This document shows positions 34,709-47,150 of a DNA stretch of 64,000 bases, piece after piece. The stretch comes from Salisapilia sapeloensis CBS 127946 (Eukaryota > Protista > Oomycota), in NCBI GenBank assembly GCA_023334545.1, contig JAADVB010000073.1, positions 1 through 64,000 of the forward strand, read 5' to 3'. The position numbers and the translations under genes were made by a program. The notes beneath the pieces were generated by a model. The model was not told the DNA's origin and made no database searches. It saw only the letters and a program-made list of their open reading frames with translations. Every line of letters starts with the position of its first letter. The stretch's first letter is position 1.

Positions 34709-37700
34709 ATGCCTTGCACGATTAAGATCCGAGTGGTGGAAGCACGGGACTTGCCTGTAGTTGACCGGTCGAGTAAACTAGCAGATCCGTACGTGTATAT
34801 CACCTTTGCGTCTTTTGAAGCAAAATCGAGCGTCTCGAGGAAGACGCTGGATCCGCTATGGGATGAGGAGTTTCGCTTCGATGTGGCGGATGATTCAGTG
34901 CTACAGAGTCAGCCGATTGAGTTCAAGCTCATGGATCACGATGTTTACACAACGGATGCAACGATTGGCATCGTGTACGTAGATTTAAACTGTCTCTTGA
35001 TGCGAGATGGGCATGTTATCCAAGGCTGGTTCCCTGTATATGATACGGTCTTGGGCGTCCGATGTGAATTGAGTCTTGTTATTCGATTGCATTACTTTGG
35101 AGATGTCAATCCATTTCGAGAATCCTCCGCTGGTGTCCAATTCTTTGGTTTATCTCAATTGGATCCGAATCTATATCAAGTGGATACGATGCTTGGCTTT
35201 GTAGAGGAACTGGTTGTTCATGCCGATCCAGAATACTCTTGGAGTGATAACTTTCGGACATCTCGACGTAGTAATGAACACCGACAGCTTTTGCTCTATC
35301 GTCTATCATCCCAAGTCGTCACTTTGGTACGTCTTGCATGCAGCATCCATAGGAACAAGTATTGATACGAGATGATGTCATGTACAGGTAGGCAAGAAGG
35401 CTTTAGAGCTAGGTGGAAATGCCGTCTTGGCGTATAAACAGTATTTTGATGTTGAAGGTGACAGTGGATTGGTCGCTCGAGCGTGTGGCACAGCTTGCTA
35501 CATCACTCCAGTCGGTCGAACGGAGATGCCAGACGCCAGTCCAACTTCCATTCCTATCAGTCAGCCTATATCTCTTCCATATGTCCTCAAGTCCGATAAG
35601 GACGATCACGTATCGTTGGAAGGATATGAGTACGAGTCCACTTCTGCCCCAGTCGAGCCTTCAGAGCCGTTGGCGTCCCCTCGTCTCCTACCACGACGTT
35701 ACCCGAAGACTGTGCGTGTACCCGAAGCGTTCAACATTTCTGTGCACGATGAAGTTCAATTGTTAACCATCAAAGTCTTTAATCCTGGACTACGCATGTC
35801 CTTGGGTGGTCTCGTAAGCGCTCGATCGGTCAAGTACCTTGGAAAGCTCGCGACAAAATTAGCAGATCAGGAGACTCGAGACTCGTGGTGGTTGGAATTA
35901 CGAGAAGAGATTCGAGCACATGCACAATCGTTACAGTGTCCCTTTGTCTTGGGATACACCGAGTCTTGTACTATCCACGACGACGTGTGTGTGATCTCAG
36001 CCACAGGCACAGCCGCCGTGCTGCAGAGTGCTAAGAAGAAGGACAGTGAAGAGGAGAGTGTAAATGCAACTCCTATGGCTGCATCACCTGCACTGTCCGA
36101 CGCTGGATCCACTGGTCGTCGACCGGATGTACGCCGCAAGACACGTAGTTCATCACCTTGTATGCTCTGCCACATTCCATATCGTCGGTCCCTCGCACCG
36201 TTTTCAAACATGCGAATGGTACGCTGTGGTATCTGTGGAGTCAAGTGGGTACCTGAGACGTTGATCGCGTCTATCGAACCACCCGCTGGACTCGCTATGG
36301 TCGGCAAAGGGAGGTTTATCCAAGCACGCGTATGCCGTCAGCGTCGGAAGGCGACAGGAGATGTCAATGCGACTGTCGTATCAGACGCACTGCCATTCCT
36401 CGAGTACGAATTATATCGTCAGTTGATCGTGAAGATGAAAGTGCTAGGTGTCAACGCTGTCTTTAGCTTCGAATCTCAGATCCAGATCGGTGGCTCTTTG
36501 ATCGTCGGGATCATGACCGGGACAGGACTCTACCTACCTGCTCTACCACCACCTCCGACACTCCGAATCGAACGGAATATTGATGTAAAGGATGAAGAGG
36601 ACCGAAGATTGGTGAAACTACAGACACAGATTGAAACTCGGAGTACACAGAATAAGGAAAGTTTGCATCATAATGCCATCTGCGTCGTACAGGACCAAGA
36701 CTTTAGTCGTCGATCGATCCGACCGGCGTTTACCAGTAGTTTGTATGCTGCGTCGGATGATGATAAACGAAGTAGAGGTCGACGACCTCGACGGACGCAG
36801 TCGATGCGTGAGACTGGATCGCATAACGCATCAAGTAGTCGTCTTTCCATTGACACGGTGGCAGCGAATGAAGAAGCGACGCAGGAAGATGAGCAGAAGA
36901 CGATGAGTTCATCGTCGAGCTCTAGTTCGGATTCGGAAGAAGAAGCGTTCTTGGATGGATTTAGTGATTCGAAAGAAACGTTCGTGTTGGAAATTGATGA
37001 CGAGACGGATGAAGACCTCATGTCTGTCTTACTCGAAGATGAATTACCAGAAGGCATCTCCATGTGCAATACAGATCGTCTCCCGGGTGACTTTGAAGCC
37101 GGTGCAAATGTCCACTTGGTCGTGACGATGAAACGAGTCGAGTGGGATGAACGACGTACGCGTGATACGCGACTGAATGAGTTGCTTTCTGTCGTATTTA
37201 AAGATCTATTTGCTAGTTTGCTGTTCAAAATCAGAGCCTATGCACCATGTGCGATCTGTGGCGTGAAGACGAGAGCGTCACTTGCAAGCGAGACGATGAT
37301 CGAAGTCGTCTTGATCGGCATGGTAATGCTGGAGAAACCTCCCGCGCCATCGATCGAGGATATGCTTTCGAACGCTGAGCAGTCGCTGGACGCCGGCGAC
37401 GACCAGAATGAGCCGACGACGGAATCGCCTTCGAGACACCTAATGGCGTCGTCTATGAACTTGGGGCGAGAATGGATCGAACTAACGCCATTGGCCTACA
37501 TTCCCAACGCGCACGTGTCACGGTACTTGGGACGCGTTACACTTCACTTTATCAAGGAGAGTTGGTCTGTTCGTGAAACTGGTGGCTTGGGTGCCTTCTA
37601 CCACTTGTTCTTGACGGAAGCGATTGCCATTGTACGCGCACACGTTCGGTCGTTAGGTGGAAATGCTTTGCTGACGTTCCGGGTGGTCCCAATTGAGTCC

Positions 37701-37865
37701 AGTCAACTTTATCGTAACCAAGTGTACAACATGATTAGTGTGACGGGAGACGCCGTGATGGTGGAGAGAGATGAGAGAGAAGAGGATCAGGAGTCGATGA
37801 CACCAGACCCCATGTTCTCAATCCTCAAGCAGGAAGAACTGATGAGTCAATCGACAGACTTTTAA
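34709..37865 (+). CDS. C2CD5: C2 domain-containing protein 5-like (C2 plus YbjQ-like heavy-metal-binding domains)
   Basis: MPCTIKIRVVEARDLPVVDRSSKLADPYV, FRFDVADDSVLQSQPIEFKLMDHD, GGLVSARSVK, ISATGTAA, YLGRVTLHFIKES. One intron near 35330-35390. Confidence 0.88.
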
Positions 37866-37879
37866 GGATGGAGAATGCT

Positions 37880-38755
37880 TTATTTTACAATCGCTTGGAT
37901 ACATACTTCCAATCTGTCTTCTAGTTCACTTAATTCTGTCGTCTCGATGCTGTCTTGAGCACGAAGGAGTTTCTTTAGTTTAAGTAAAGATGGTAGCATC
38001 TTGAGCTCCAAGACGATGGCAACGGTATCATCGATTTGATCGATTAAGACACTGAGCAAGGTACAAGTGAGTCGCATTAGTTCGACTCTTTCACTTGCTT
38101 CGAAGCATTCTTCTGGAGATACGAGTTGGTCCATGACGGTGTGAAGTACGGATAGGATGGAATGGAGATGTTGAACTAGATAGGATGCATCTCGTTGACT
38201 CCAATTGAGCAAGAGGACGAACGCATAGATTCTATAGTTGGATGTCGGTTCAGACGGAGCACTCGACTGCGTGAGTGTCGCTTGCACAGTCGCTAGGATG
38301 TGAGGCATAAGACTCGCGATTGTGTCCAGCTGATCTGCATCGACTAATAGCACCAGCCATCCAAAGACAAATAACGCATCGGCAGTCGCCCACTCATTCT
38401 TGCAAGTCGCCATGCGTATCAAACTCGACAAGAGCGATTCTCCGTGCTGATACAGTAATTGAAGTCCTGCTACGCGAGACATACAGATCGATCCGATGGC
38501 ATTGGCAGCCTTGCATTTAATCGGAACATCTCGAGCTGTTAATGCAACGAGCATAGGCTCAATGGCAGTACCCACAAGCAATCGTCGAGCCTCCATATTG
38601 ACACTATCCGGCGGCAGCGCTGCGATTTCAGTCAATGCATCCACGAAACCACGCTTTAGTTGACCTTTAGACCCTCGGAGAGGATCCCATCCGTGCAAAG
38701 CCTGTGATAGCTCCTCGACGTAGCCTTCGACGGCCTCTACTTCGCTCATCTCCAT
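37880..38755 (-). CDS. Hypothetical ARM/HEAT-like helical protein
   Basis: Clean intronless ORF of about 290 aa with Leu-rich amphipathic helices (IKCKAANAIGSIC, TADALFVFGWL). Confidence 0.65.
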   Translation of the reverse strand: MEMSEVEAVEGYVEELSQALHGWDPLRGSKGQLKRGFVDALTEIAALPPDSVNMEARRLLVGTAIEPMLVALTARDVPIKCKAANAIGSICMSRVAGLQLLYQHGESLLSSLIRMATCKNEWATADALFVFGWLVLLVDADQLDTIASLMPHILATVQATLTQSSAPSEPTSNYRIYAFVLLLNWSQRDASYLVQHLHSILSVLHTVMDQLVSPEECFEASERVELMRLTCTLLSVLIDQIDDTVAIVLELKMLPSLLKLKKLLRAQDSIETTELSELEDRLEVCIQAIVK

Positions 38756-38866
38756 ACTGTGGCAGATAATCAATTCATATATGCACTTAGTGAATAAATT
38801 CGAATCACAAAATACCACCAATTTTTATATGCGAATCGATTTCTCCACAAAAATTTCGAATCGAAA

Positions 38867-39975
38867 ATGGTCATGCAAGCAATCAAGAACGTAGCCCGCC
38901 GTGCTGGCCGTACGCAAGGTATGTTGTAGGAGGTCATTGCATTCAAATTGGCAGACATGATATTGTCTAATTGGATATCTTTTACATTGGTATACGAGAC
39001 TTATTCGCTTTGAACGATCTAGAACGCGTGCTGTCTGCGAGATCCATGACACGTAACACGGTCATGCGCACGACTGCTGCCTCCGGACTGCAATCGGCAA
39101 TGCCTATGCAATCCAGCGTGTCCAGCAATGCTGTTCCTCTTCCCAGCGCTTCGTTCGCTGCTTCCTTCTCGACGTCGGCCGACAGCGGGGAGCCGGTGAC
39201 GATTGGAGATCGCGTGACGATCCACATCGATGGCAAGCTGTCGAGCGGCCAGCAAGTGGTCAAGACGGAAGAGAACAAGCCTCTCTCGTTTGTTATGGGC
39301 AGTGGTGAAGTCATTGTCGGAGTGGAAGACGTCGTCCGGGGCATGACCAAGGGTGCCACCAAGACGCAGGCGGTGATCGAACCGGCCAAGGCGTTCGGTG
39401 CCAACAAGCAGGTGCACACTATCCCGCGTAAGGAATTGAACTTGAAGCCAGAGGATGAAGAGAACTTGGCGGTCGGCCAGATCCTCCAATTGCCGCAGAA
39501 CCAGCAGGCGCACATTGTTAAAGTTACGGACGAGTCCATCGACATTGACCTCTCGCACCCGTACGCCGGTGAGTCGCTGCATGTGGACGTGGAAGTCGTG
39601 GACCGCGTGTCTCATGCCGACCAAAGCTTTGAAGAGCGTCTCGTGTGCCCGCAGCAGCTCTCTCCAGGCGACGGACAGACCTTCCCTCGTCGCGGCGATA
39701 TGCTGACGATGCACTATGAAGGCAAGCTCGCATCGGACGGCACGGTCTTTGACTCGAGCCACAACCGTAGTGAGCCATTCAAGTTCCAAATCGGCGTCGG
39801 ACAAGTCATCAAGGGATGGGATGAAGGTGTGCTCCAAATGAGCAAGGGCGAGAAGGCGCGTTTGGAAGTGCCTGCCGCCAAGGCGTATGGTGAGCAAGGC
39901 GCCGGCGGTGTCATTCCACCCAATGCTGATCTTGTCTTTGAAGTGGAACTGCTAGAGATTGAGGGACCCAACTAA
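38867..39975 (+). CDS. Two-domain FKBP-type PPIase: SlyD/FkpB-like domain plus FKBP12-like domain, probable mitochondrial presequence
   Basis: Exon 1 MVMQAIKNVARRAGRTQ, one intron. Domain 1: PLSFVMGSGEVI...EPAKAFG...IDIDLSHPYAGESLHVDVEVV. Domain 2: GDGQTFP...HYEGKL...FDSS...GQVIKGWDEGV...AYG...IPPNADLVFEVELL. Confidence 0.9.
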
Positions 39976-40134
39976 GATTGATATACTGGGCCTCGAGGTA
40001 TAACGAAAATAGCATTGGGCTTCTGCCATATTGAAGTTGGATTGAAGTACATAGAATGCCATTCTACAATAGTGATTGAGTATGGTTGGAAAAATAGAAT
40101 TGGTCAGCTCCCTTCCAAGTGCTTGGTGGAAGTC

Positions 40135-41682
40135 ATGTCGGAGCTCTTCCCAAGACCTGCAGTGGAGGACAATGTTGTGCATTACACGATATACTTGCCT
40201 CTAGAACACTTACCTACCTGTTTAAGTCAAGTAGGCAGGACAGAGAACGAGTTAGATGGAAAGGTACAGGCGTTTGGTGATGAGCTGAATCGACTGGCAG
40301 TCGAGGTGTCGACCGACTTTTTCTGGCAGCACGATCCATTTCATGCTTCAAGCAACGGGCATGGGACAGAGGTGTCTGGCTATGCTTGTTGGACGGGCGA
40401 GAGTGCTGTGGATGATGCTATTAATGATGAATGGGCCATTGTCTACATCCTCTTGGAGCTCACGAAGCGATTTGCTCATTTGACAGCACAAATCGCCGAC
40501 GCAGACGGTCAATTCTTACTTATTGAAACTGCTGAGCAGCTACCTCAATGGGTCTCTCCTGAGAATAGTGACAATCGAGTATGGCTCAAGGATAATGCGC
40601 TATATCTCCTAGACAGCTCACCTCGAGCAAGCGCATTGACCATCGACCAAGCTCTATCTGCACTCTACGACCCTGACTCGACAAATGCAGCCAATGGAGC
40701 CATGCAGCGCTTATTCAAAGCCAAGATGGACGATACGAAGGTATACATGCAGTCAAATCGACATACCGCTCGGTGCATCTTGCCACAACGAGCAATCCAT
40801 GTCGTCGGACACTTGGGAGATGAAATTGTCGGAGCTGCTGTCCGTGCATTCTACTATCGTGATCCGTCTGAAATGAGTGCTGTTACTAGTCGAATGAAAG
40901 TGTTTCATCCAAGTGCATCTCAGGATGCGATGGTCTCCTTCTCTCGCATGATGTATGCACAGTTAAAGCAGCAAGAGTTCCATCCACCAAAGCCATTTAT
41001 AGAAAAGTCTATGTCGTACCAAAGCCTCCTGTCCAAGGATAGAGATAAGGACCAGTTTGCTGCAGAAATGGGAATGAAACTAGCCTGTGGTCTCGAACTC
41101 TTGTACCACTCGGATGAAGAATCCAAGTCACGAGGCAAATGGTCGGATGTGATGGATAGTGTGCTACGTCTACCAGCTCCACAGATGGACAAGATAGTAA
41201 ATGACGATGACGATTCGTGGCTATATGTCCATCCGGATGGACTGGAAGAGCAGCTTCGACAGAAAGCAGAGACTGGCGACAATGCTGGTGAAGAGCTGCA
41301 GGACATTGCGACCATGTTCTCTAAGTTCATGGACGGCATGTCGAGTGTCGATGGCGTCGAGAGTTCTCGTCCAGTGGACCTGAACGTCAATACGTTCATG
41401 GAATTACTACAGACTGGCGTGCAGGAAGAAGAGGAGGAGAGCGATTCCGATGAATCGGACAGTCTCATGCAAGAAGCAATGGACGAGATGGAAGAGGAAT
41501 TGACGGATACGAAACTCCAGCAGACGTTGACACGTGTGAGTGACAAGGAAGAAGGAAACGAGAACGGAGGACTCAGCCTGGACTATAACCTCCTGTCGAA
41601 TCTCCTCGAGTCTGTGGCTTCACAGGAAGGACAAGCAGGTCCAGCAACGAACATTTTGAATGAACTTAAGCTTACCAAATGA
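40135..41682 (+). CDS. ECD: Ecdysoneless / hSGT1-family protein
   Basis: DFFWQHDPF, DEWAIVYILLELTK, DADGQFLLIETAEQLPQWVSPENSDNRVWL, KLACGLELL, DDDDSWL, DYNLLSNLLESVASQEGQAGPATNIL. Confidence 0.9.
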   Translation: MSELFPRPAVEDNVVHYTIYLPLEHLPTCLSQVGRTENELDGKVQAFGDELNRLAVEVSTDFFWQHDPFHASSNGHGTEVSGYACWTGESAVDDAINDEWAIVYILLELTKRFAHLTAQIADADGQFLLIETAEQLPQWVSPENSDNRVWLKDNALYLLDSSPRASALTIDQALSALYDPDSTNAANGAMQRLFKAKMDDTKVYMQSNRHTARCILPQRAIHVVGHLGDEIVGAAVRAFYYRDPSEMSAVTSRMKVFHPSASQDAMVSFSRMMYAQLKQQEFHPPKPFIEKSMSYQSLLSKDRDKDQFAAEMGMKLACGLELLYHSDEESKSRGKWSDVMDSVLRLPAPQMDKIVNDDDDSWLYVHPDGLEEQLRQKAETGDNAGEELQDIATMFSKFMDGMSSVDGVESSRPVDLNVNTFMELLQTGVQEEEEESDSDESDSLMQEAMDEMEEELTDTKLQQTLTRVSDKEEGNENGGLSLDYNLLSNLLESVASQEGQAGPATNILNELKLTK

Positions 41683-41871
41683 TATGTATGGTCCGTATCT
41701 GTCCTCGGTGGGAGTTCTCCCCGGCACCTAGGTAAAACAAAGACCAGTTGGTATAGGGCGTTTGCAGTTGCAACGTCAATAGCAGCCATCGACATGGGAG
41801 CTTTGCATGTGACAGACTGCTATCCGACGCCCGAGATAATATAGAAAGTGTACGTCGGACGGTGATGAGTA

Positions 41872-42555
41872 TTATTGTTGTTGAGATTTTTGCAAGTAGT
41901 GCTCAAAGGCAGCGAGACCATCCGGTGTGAAATCGGATCGACGAGATAGAATCTCATCCTTGGTCATCATAAGCACTTCTGCCACCTCTTCTTCTTGTAG
42001 GACAAGCGGACCTTCGTACGTGACTTCGAAGATGCCTCCCCACACATGACTCCGATCGTCCGAATAGTAGAACGAGTCGATGTACTTGAAATCGACATCT
42101 TTAATGCCCATTTCTTCCTCCGTTTCACGCTTCGCATTCAGCTCCACGGGTTCTCCTGCCTGAACGACTCCACCAGTCGTTGGATCCAAGTAGCCTGGAC
42201 AATAGTCCTTGATCATTGTCCTTCGCTGGACGTAGAATTGATCTCTACACTCGAGTATATTAGTCGATACTTAGCGTACAATGCTTCTAGTTGTGGTGTA
42301 CTTGTGATTTTTGATGATAATGTAGGAAGCACGGTGAGGAAGATTATAGAATCTCTGTTAAAAGCATGTAAGAGCTGTATCTATGAATATGCGATCGTCG
42401 GTGCTCACCATGACCGCACGATCGGCTTTACCGATTTCATTATTGTTCTCATCCACAATGCAGACCTGCCACGGTTGGAAGACACTTTATCAAGGATAGC
42501 TAAAACCCAAAATGCGATGCGCTCCTACCTCTTCTTGCGCACTCAACGACGCCAT
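41872..42555 (-). CDS. Nudix hydrolase (YfcD/IDI-like), multi-exon
   Basis: MASLSAQEE|VCIVDENNEIGKADRAVM|RFYNLPHRASYIIIKN...KDYCPGYLDPTTGGVVQAGE...NAKRETEEEMGI (Nudix box). Confidence 0.85.
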
Positions 42556-42974
42556 CCCAGACGACTTGTGCTCGTGATTTGTTGCTCCAAGTAAGAGTAT
42601 ATGTAGCCCGGGCTACATTTAGCGAGTTGCAATCGTAAATTTATCTTGCTTAAGCGGCACATCCGTGGCACATTTATCTTGGTGACTGTGTGGGAAACGA
42701 AGTCTCCAAGTCTCTGATATATCCTCATATTATCTCGTGCTCGCTGATAGCCAGACGTGACTGTATGCGTAGATCACGGTCCATATCACCAGACAAATCC
42801 ATAAATGCATCTAAACACGTATCAGCCATTTTAAAGGTTTCTTTATTGAATGAAGTGGGAAAGTGTATCATCATGAAGACGAACGATTTGAATAAAATTA
42901 AACACAACCGAGTAGGGTGACAAAGAGCTATTTTACCATTGCTGGTTCCTATCTCTTACTTTTTGTTGTTGTGT

Positions 42975-44190
42975 CTACTTCAGCTTGGAACGACTCTTCT
43001 CGAACGAGTCCATGGCATCCATACAGCCTAAGCGACTCGTGAGAGCATCCTGCACGGAGATAGGTAGCATCTTGAGCAGCCCGACAACAGCTGGGAACAT
43101 GTAGTCTCGGAAATTGTTAGCACAGTAGAACACTCGCTCATCTCCAGAGATGATCGAGTTGACCATAGCTTTAGCGACCGTTTCCGGTCTTAGGTGGAGG
43201 AACAGGTACTTGGTAAGCTTCTTCGTCCATGCGTCATGCTCGAACGCTCCGTCAAACATGGGCGTCTGGATCGCACTAGGGCATGCGACCAGCGTCTTGA
43301 TCTCATTGGCATACCCGTCACGACGGATTTCCATGCGAACTAGTGCTTCGTTAGACATATTATCGTGGTACAATGAAGAGGGGAATACGCACGGGAGTCG
43401 ATGAAGCCGTTGACAGCGGCTTTGCTGGAGCAGTAGTCGGACAAGCAGGCACTGGACACAAGTCCCATCTATATCATCACTGCTTAGTTGATAGATACAC
43501 AACCTTTTGTCATTTCAAGGTACCACAGAGGAAACGGAGACGATGTATCCCTTGCGTTGCTCCTTCATGGCTGGCATCACAGCCTTGGTGAGCCAGAAGT
43601 GGGACATGACATTGACGTTGAATGTCAAGCGGACTTGCTTTGGCGTCAGGTCTTCCAACGTACGGCCGCTCACAACACCTAAGGAATGCTTAGTACATAG
43701 GTACATGAAGATAGAAGAGAGAGGGTGCATACCGGCATTGTTGATGAGGACGGATACGTGTTTGGGCGCAATGGCCTTTTGAATCTCCTCCATGCAAGAC
43801 TTCACGGCGCTACGTTGATCATGTTAACATAAAGTTAACAGGATACCGACATTATAGTACATACTCTTCATCCGATATATCACACGTGTACAGGAGGATA
43901 CGGCTATTGGCATCGAAGTGCTCGCTCTTCTCCAGCTCCGACTTGACACTCTCGAGGGCTGGCAAGTTGATGTCGATGAGGACCAGGGTGACGCCAACAG
44001 CGCGCTCCAAGATTTCGAACGAGATGCATTTGCCGAGGCCCCCTGCACCGCCCGTGAGGACGATGCACTGACCATCAAGGGAAAAGACCTGTCTATAGCG
44101 GTTATAGACAAGAGACGCGAAAAACAAGACCAAGACAGCTGCCCCAGTCGGCAGAAGGGGGTCCGAGGTAAATAGTTCCAAGTCCAACAT
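42975..44190 (-). CDS. Short-chain dehydrogenase/reductase (SDR16C/RDH10/DHRS3-like) with N-terminal membrane anchor, multi-exon
   Basis: IVLTGGAGGLG, VLINNAG, TFNVNVMSHFW, DYCSSK catalytic YxxxK, LVACPSAIQTPMF. Confidence 0.88.
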
Positions 44191-44889
44191 GACTTTAAAG
44201 ATCGGCTTTGCGTCTTGGTGAGCGAAGTAGGGAATGGAGTGGAGCCGAGTGGAGCCGAGGGTGGGGTGGAGGTGAATGGCAGATATCATGGGTACGCCAG
44301 CTGCTGAGCTGCGACGATACCAGTCGTACGGTACATTGAGAAGCTCTCGCAAACGATGCAGCGAAGAGCGACGCTACAAGCTAGATATTTTTTACTAGGA
44401 CTTTCACGATACATTGTAGCTCCACTGCCTTTAGTAGACCCTGTAAGTGAAACTGCTTCCGCCGGTGGAGAAGAATGCAGAGTGTACCTATACTCGATGC
44501 CAGTCAAAAGTAGCTTTTTTCTTTTATATGTACTTTTTATTTGCTACGATCGTCGACAGGATCCAAAGGTGTATCGTGCAGAAGAAGCAGGTGAATGGTA
44601 TCTTGTCATTTTTAACCAATATGAGCGTAGGATTGAGTAAAATCCTTCCTTTGAATTCAATTCGACGGCGGGAAGTGTAGGCTCGCTCTGCGCGTGTCTA
44701 TTGATTTGCACTCAGCTTCATTATATTTTGTTTCTGTCCATCATATAGACGAAGATGGGACGTTGTACTAGTCAATTTGATGGTGAAGAATTGAATGGAA
44801 GAAGGTACCCATGTCCATGCCGGACGGCGGGAAAGGTAGGACGTAACGAAGTAGCGATCCGCCGGAAGATCTAAAGATGTGCACACAAA

Positions 44890-45405
44890 GTGTCTCAATC
44901 GCAGTACTTGAAGTTGGAGTCGTGAAAAGGACCTACCGCTGGACATTTCCTGAGAAGTGCAACGAGGCATTGCATGCCAAGCTACGATTCTCAATCGGTC
45001 CAGAAAACTTATCAATATGTATCGCTATGAAATCACCACGAGCGTATGAATAAGCTATCGATTGCTTTCCCGTATTATGACTAAGGCGCAATCGAGGTAC
45101 TTGAAGTCGGAGCCGTGAAAAGGACCTACCGCTGAACATTACATGAGAATAGCAACGAGGCACTGCATGCCTGGCTACAATTGCCAATCGGTACAGAATA
45201 TCCATCAATAAGTATCGCTATGAAATCACTACGAGCGTATGAATAAGCTGTCGATTGCTTTCCCGTTTCATGACCAAGGCGCAATCGAGGTACTTGAAGT
45301 CGGAGCCGTGAAAAGGACCTACCGCTGGACATAACGTGAGAAGCGCAACGATGCATTGCATATCGGACTACAATTGCCAATCGGCCCAGAATATCCATTA
45401 AAGAG
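44890..45405 (+). repeat. Degenerate tandem repeat, 193-bp unit, about 2.6 copies
   Basis: GTACTTGAAGTYGGAGYCGTGAAAAGGACCTACCGCTG recurs at 44904, 45097 and 45290 (exact 193-bp spacing), and the intervening sequence also aligns. Confidence 0.9.
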
Positions 45406-45419
45406 CACAGCATCAAACA

Positions 45420-47150
45420 TTACCTTGAGCTTCCGAATACCCTAGCAACGTCCGTCCAGTCTCATGGTTTCAGCGGTGTCAAGCAATGTGCACACTACTT
45501 CGGAGAGCGACGAAGAATACGGGAAAATGGACATCAAAGGTCGTAGACCAAACAAAAACAAATATACCCCATTTAATGCAACCAATGGAAACTTGGGCAA
45601 ATAAAGCGGACAAAAATACCAGAAATGGTGACTGGATGCCAAATAGATTTTTAGAAAAGAAGGAGTGGATTCAATCGCTTTCTGTGGGTTTGGTATGACG
45701 CCCAAAGTATCTTTTTTCGCGGTCAGCACCGTTCTTCATGGGTTCTAGCAGCCATGAGGTCGAAGGATGAACGGGTTCGCGACTGTCGTAGCTGTGCACT
45801 ATCGTTCCGCTTTTTCTTTAGATGTTCGGCCTTCCTACATAGCTCGTACGTGGTGTGCACATCTACTCTTGGACATGATTTCGCTGATGAAGTGTCACCA
45901 CAAAGCGACAAAACCAGGTAGCGGCTGACGTGTATGATTGCTATAATGTTCTCTACCTTGATTGTAAACCACGAAGGCATCTGAATCTTCAGCCCTATGT
46001 CTGACCAACACGAATGCATTCGTGGAGCACAAGAGCTTGCCAATGCACACGATGCCAACAAAGGGGTGGAGTACTAGAATTCATGCAAAAATTGCACGCT
46101 GCTTCCACTAGAGTAAAAATTGTTCGCAAGACATTGCGCTTGAACCAAACATACTTTTGCAGCAAACATAGAGCTTGCGCGTATCTATCCGAGACCAGAT
46201 TCAATATTGCTTACAATCTCACTCGTGACGCGTAGACGGCCGCCCGGCTAACTTGAACGTGCTTGCTGCGATTAGATGTTCGCAAACTTCTGTATGTATC
46301 TTTGAGATAGGAGGCATAAATATTCGGTATTCTCGATCAGAATAAACGCGCTGATTGTTCTAGCCAGGCATGCGGATAGATCTGGTCCAAGTAAAGCATC
46401 TCGAACGACTGGAGCAAACCATACGATCGATTAGACCGCTGTTCGATCACCGATATGCCCCATCAAAAAAGGATAGCTGAACGTACGTCAGTGTTAAACA
46501 CTCGAATGCGATATTGGATTTTTTCCGAGAAGAGAAGGCTTCCTCCGCTATGGTGCTTGCGAATAGTGCTCCATTTCGGATGGTATCTCGGCGATGTGGG
46601 TGAATAAAAAAAGTTAAATTATGTATGGCTTCCATCTTTTTTAAAGCTATATTGGCTTCGCGGTTGGTGAATTAGTCGGTGCGTTGGATGTCGGAATCCA
46701 TGTGCCAGGTATAGGCGTGTGTAGCTACACTTCAATCCATCACGGGTTTGAAGTTTTGAGTCGCTTTTCGGGCTTGAGTCCGGACAACACCGGCCTGATC
46801 TTCTGGCCACATTATCTCTTGGGATTTTCGTATAACGACAAAATTAGCTTCAGTGGGTACATTGTGCATACACACCGGTCAATTTTCTATGTCCATGCGA
46901 CGGTCTGAAGAATTTGATGGATACTAACCTCTACATAAAGTTGAACGCATGTCGAGCATCTCGCGTCGTGCATTCTCTCCATGCTTGCATTTCTTCCGAT
47001 CAGGATACGATAATAGATTTTTCGTCCATCGTGGTGCTGACCAACGCGGTTCGGTGATGTCCGTCCGCGGCTCTCAGACGGATAACGGATTGGGGCAAGT
47101 ATGACGCGTGTGACTGCTCTGCCATCGGTATACATTGTTTGGCTATTGCC
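45420..47150 (+). mobile_element. Possible highly decayed LTR-retrotransposon (Ty3/Gypsy integrase-like) relic
   Basis: Weak: SPQSDKTR*RLTCMIAIMFSTLIVNHEGI* near 45895 resembles HPQTDGQTERxNxxLxxMLxxxVxxHxxxW, and LEFMQKLHAASTRVKIVRKTL resembles the post-integrase helix. The interval is gene-poor and stop-rich. Confidence 0.25.

Noticed and set aside
44933-45416. Three similar ORFs (44698-45015, 44933-45208, 45126-45416) as a repeat protein
   Set aside because: The 193-bp unit is not a multiple of three, so the peptides are by-products of the DNA repeat.
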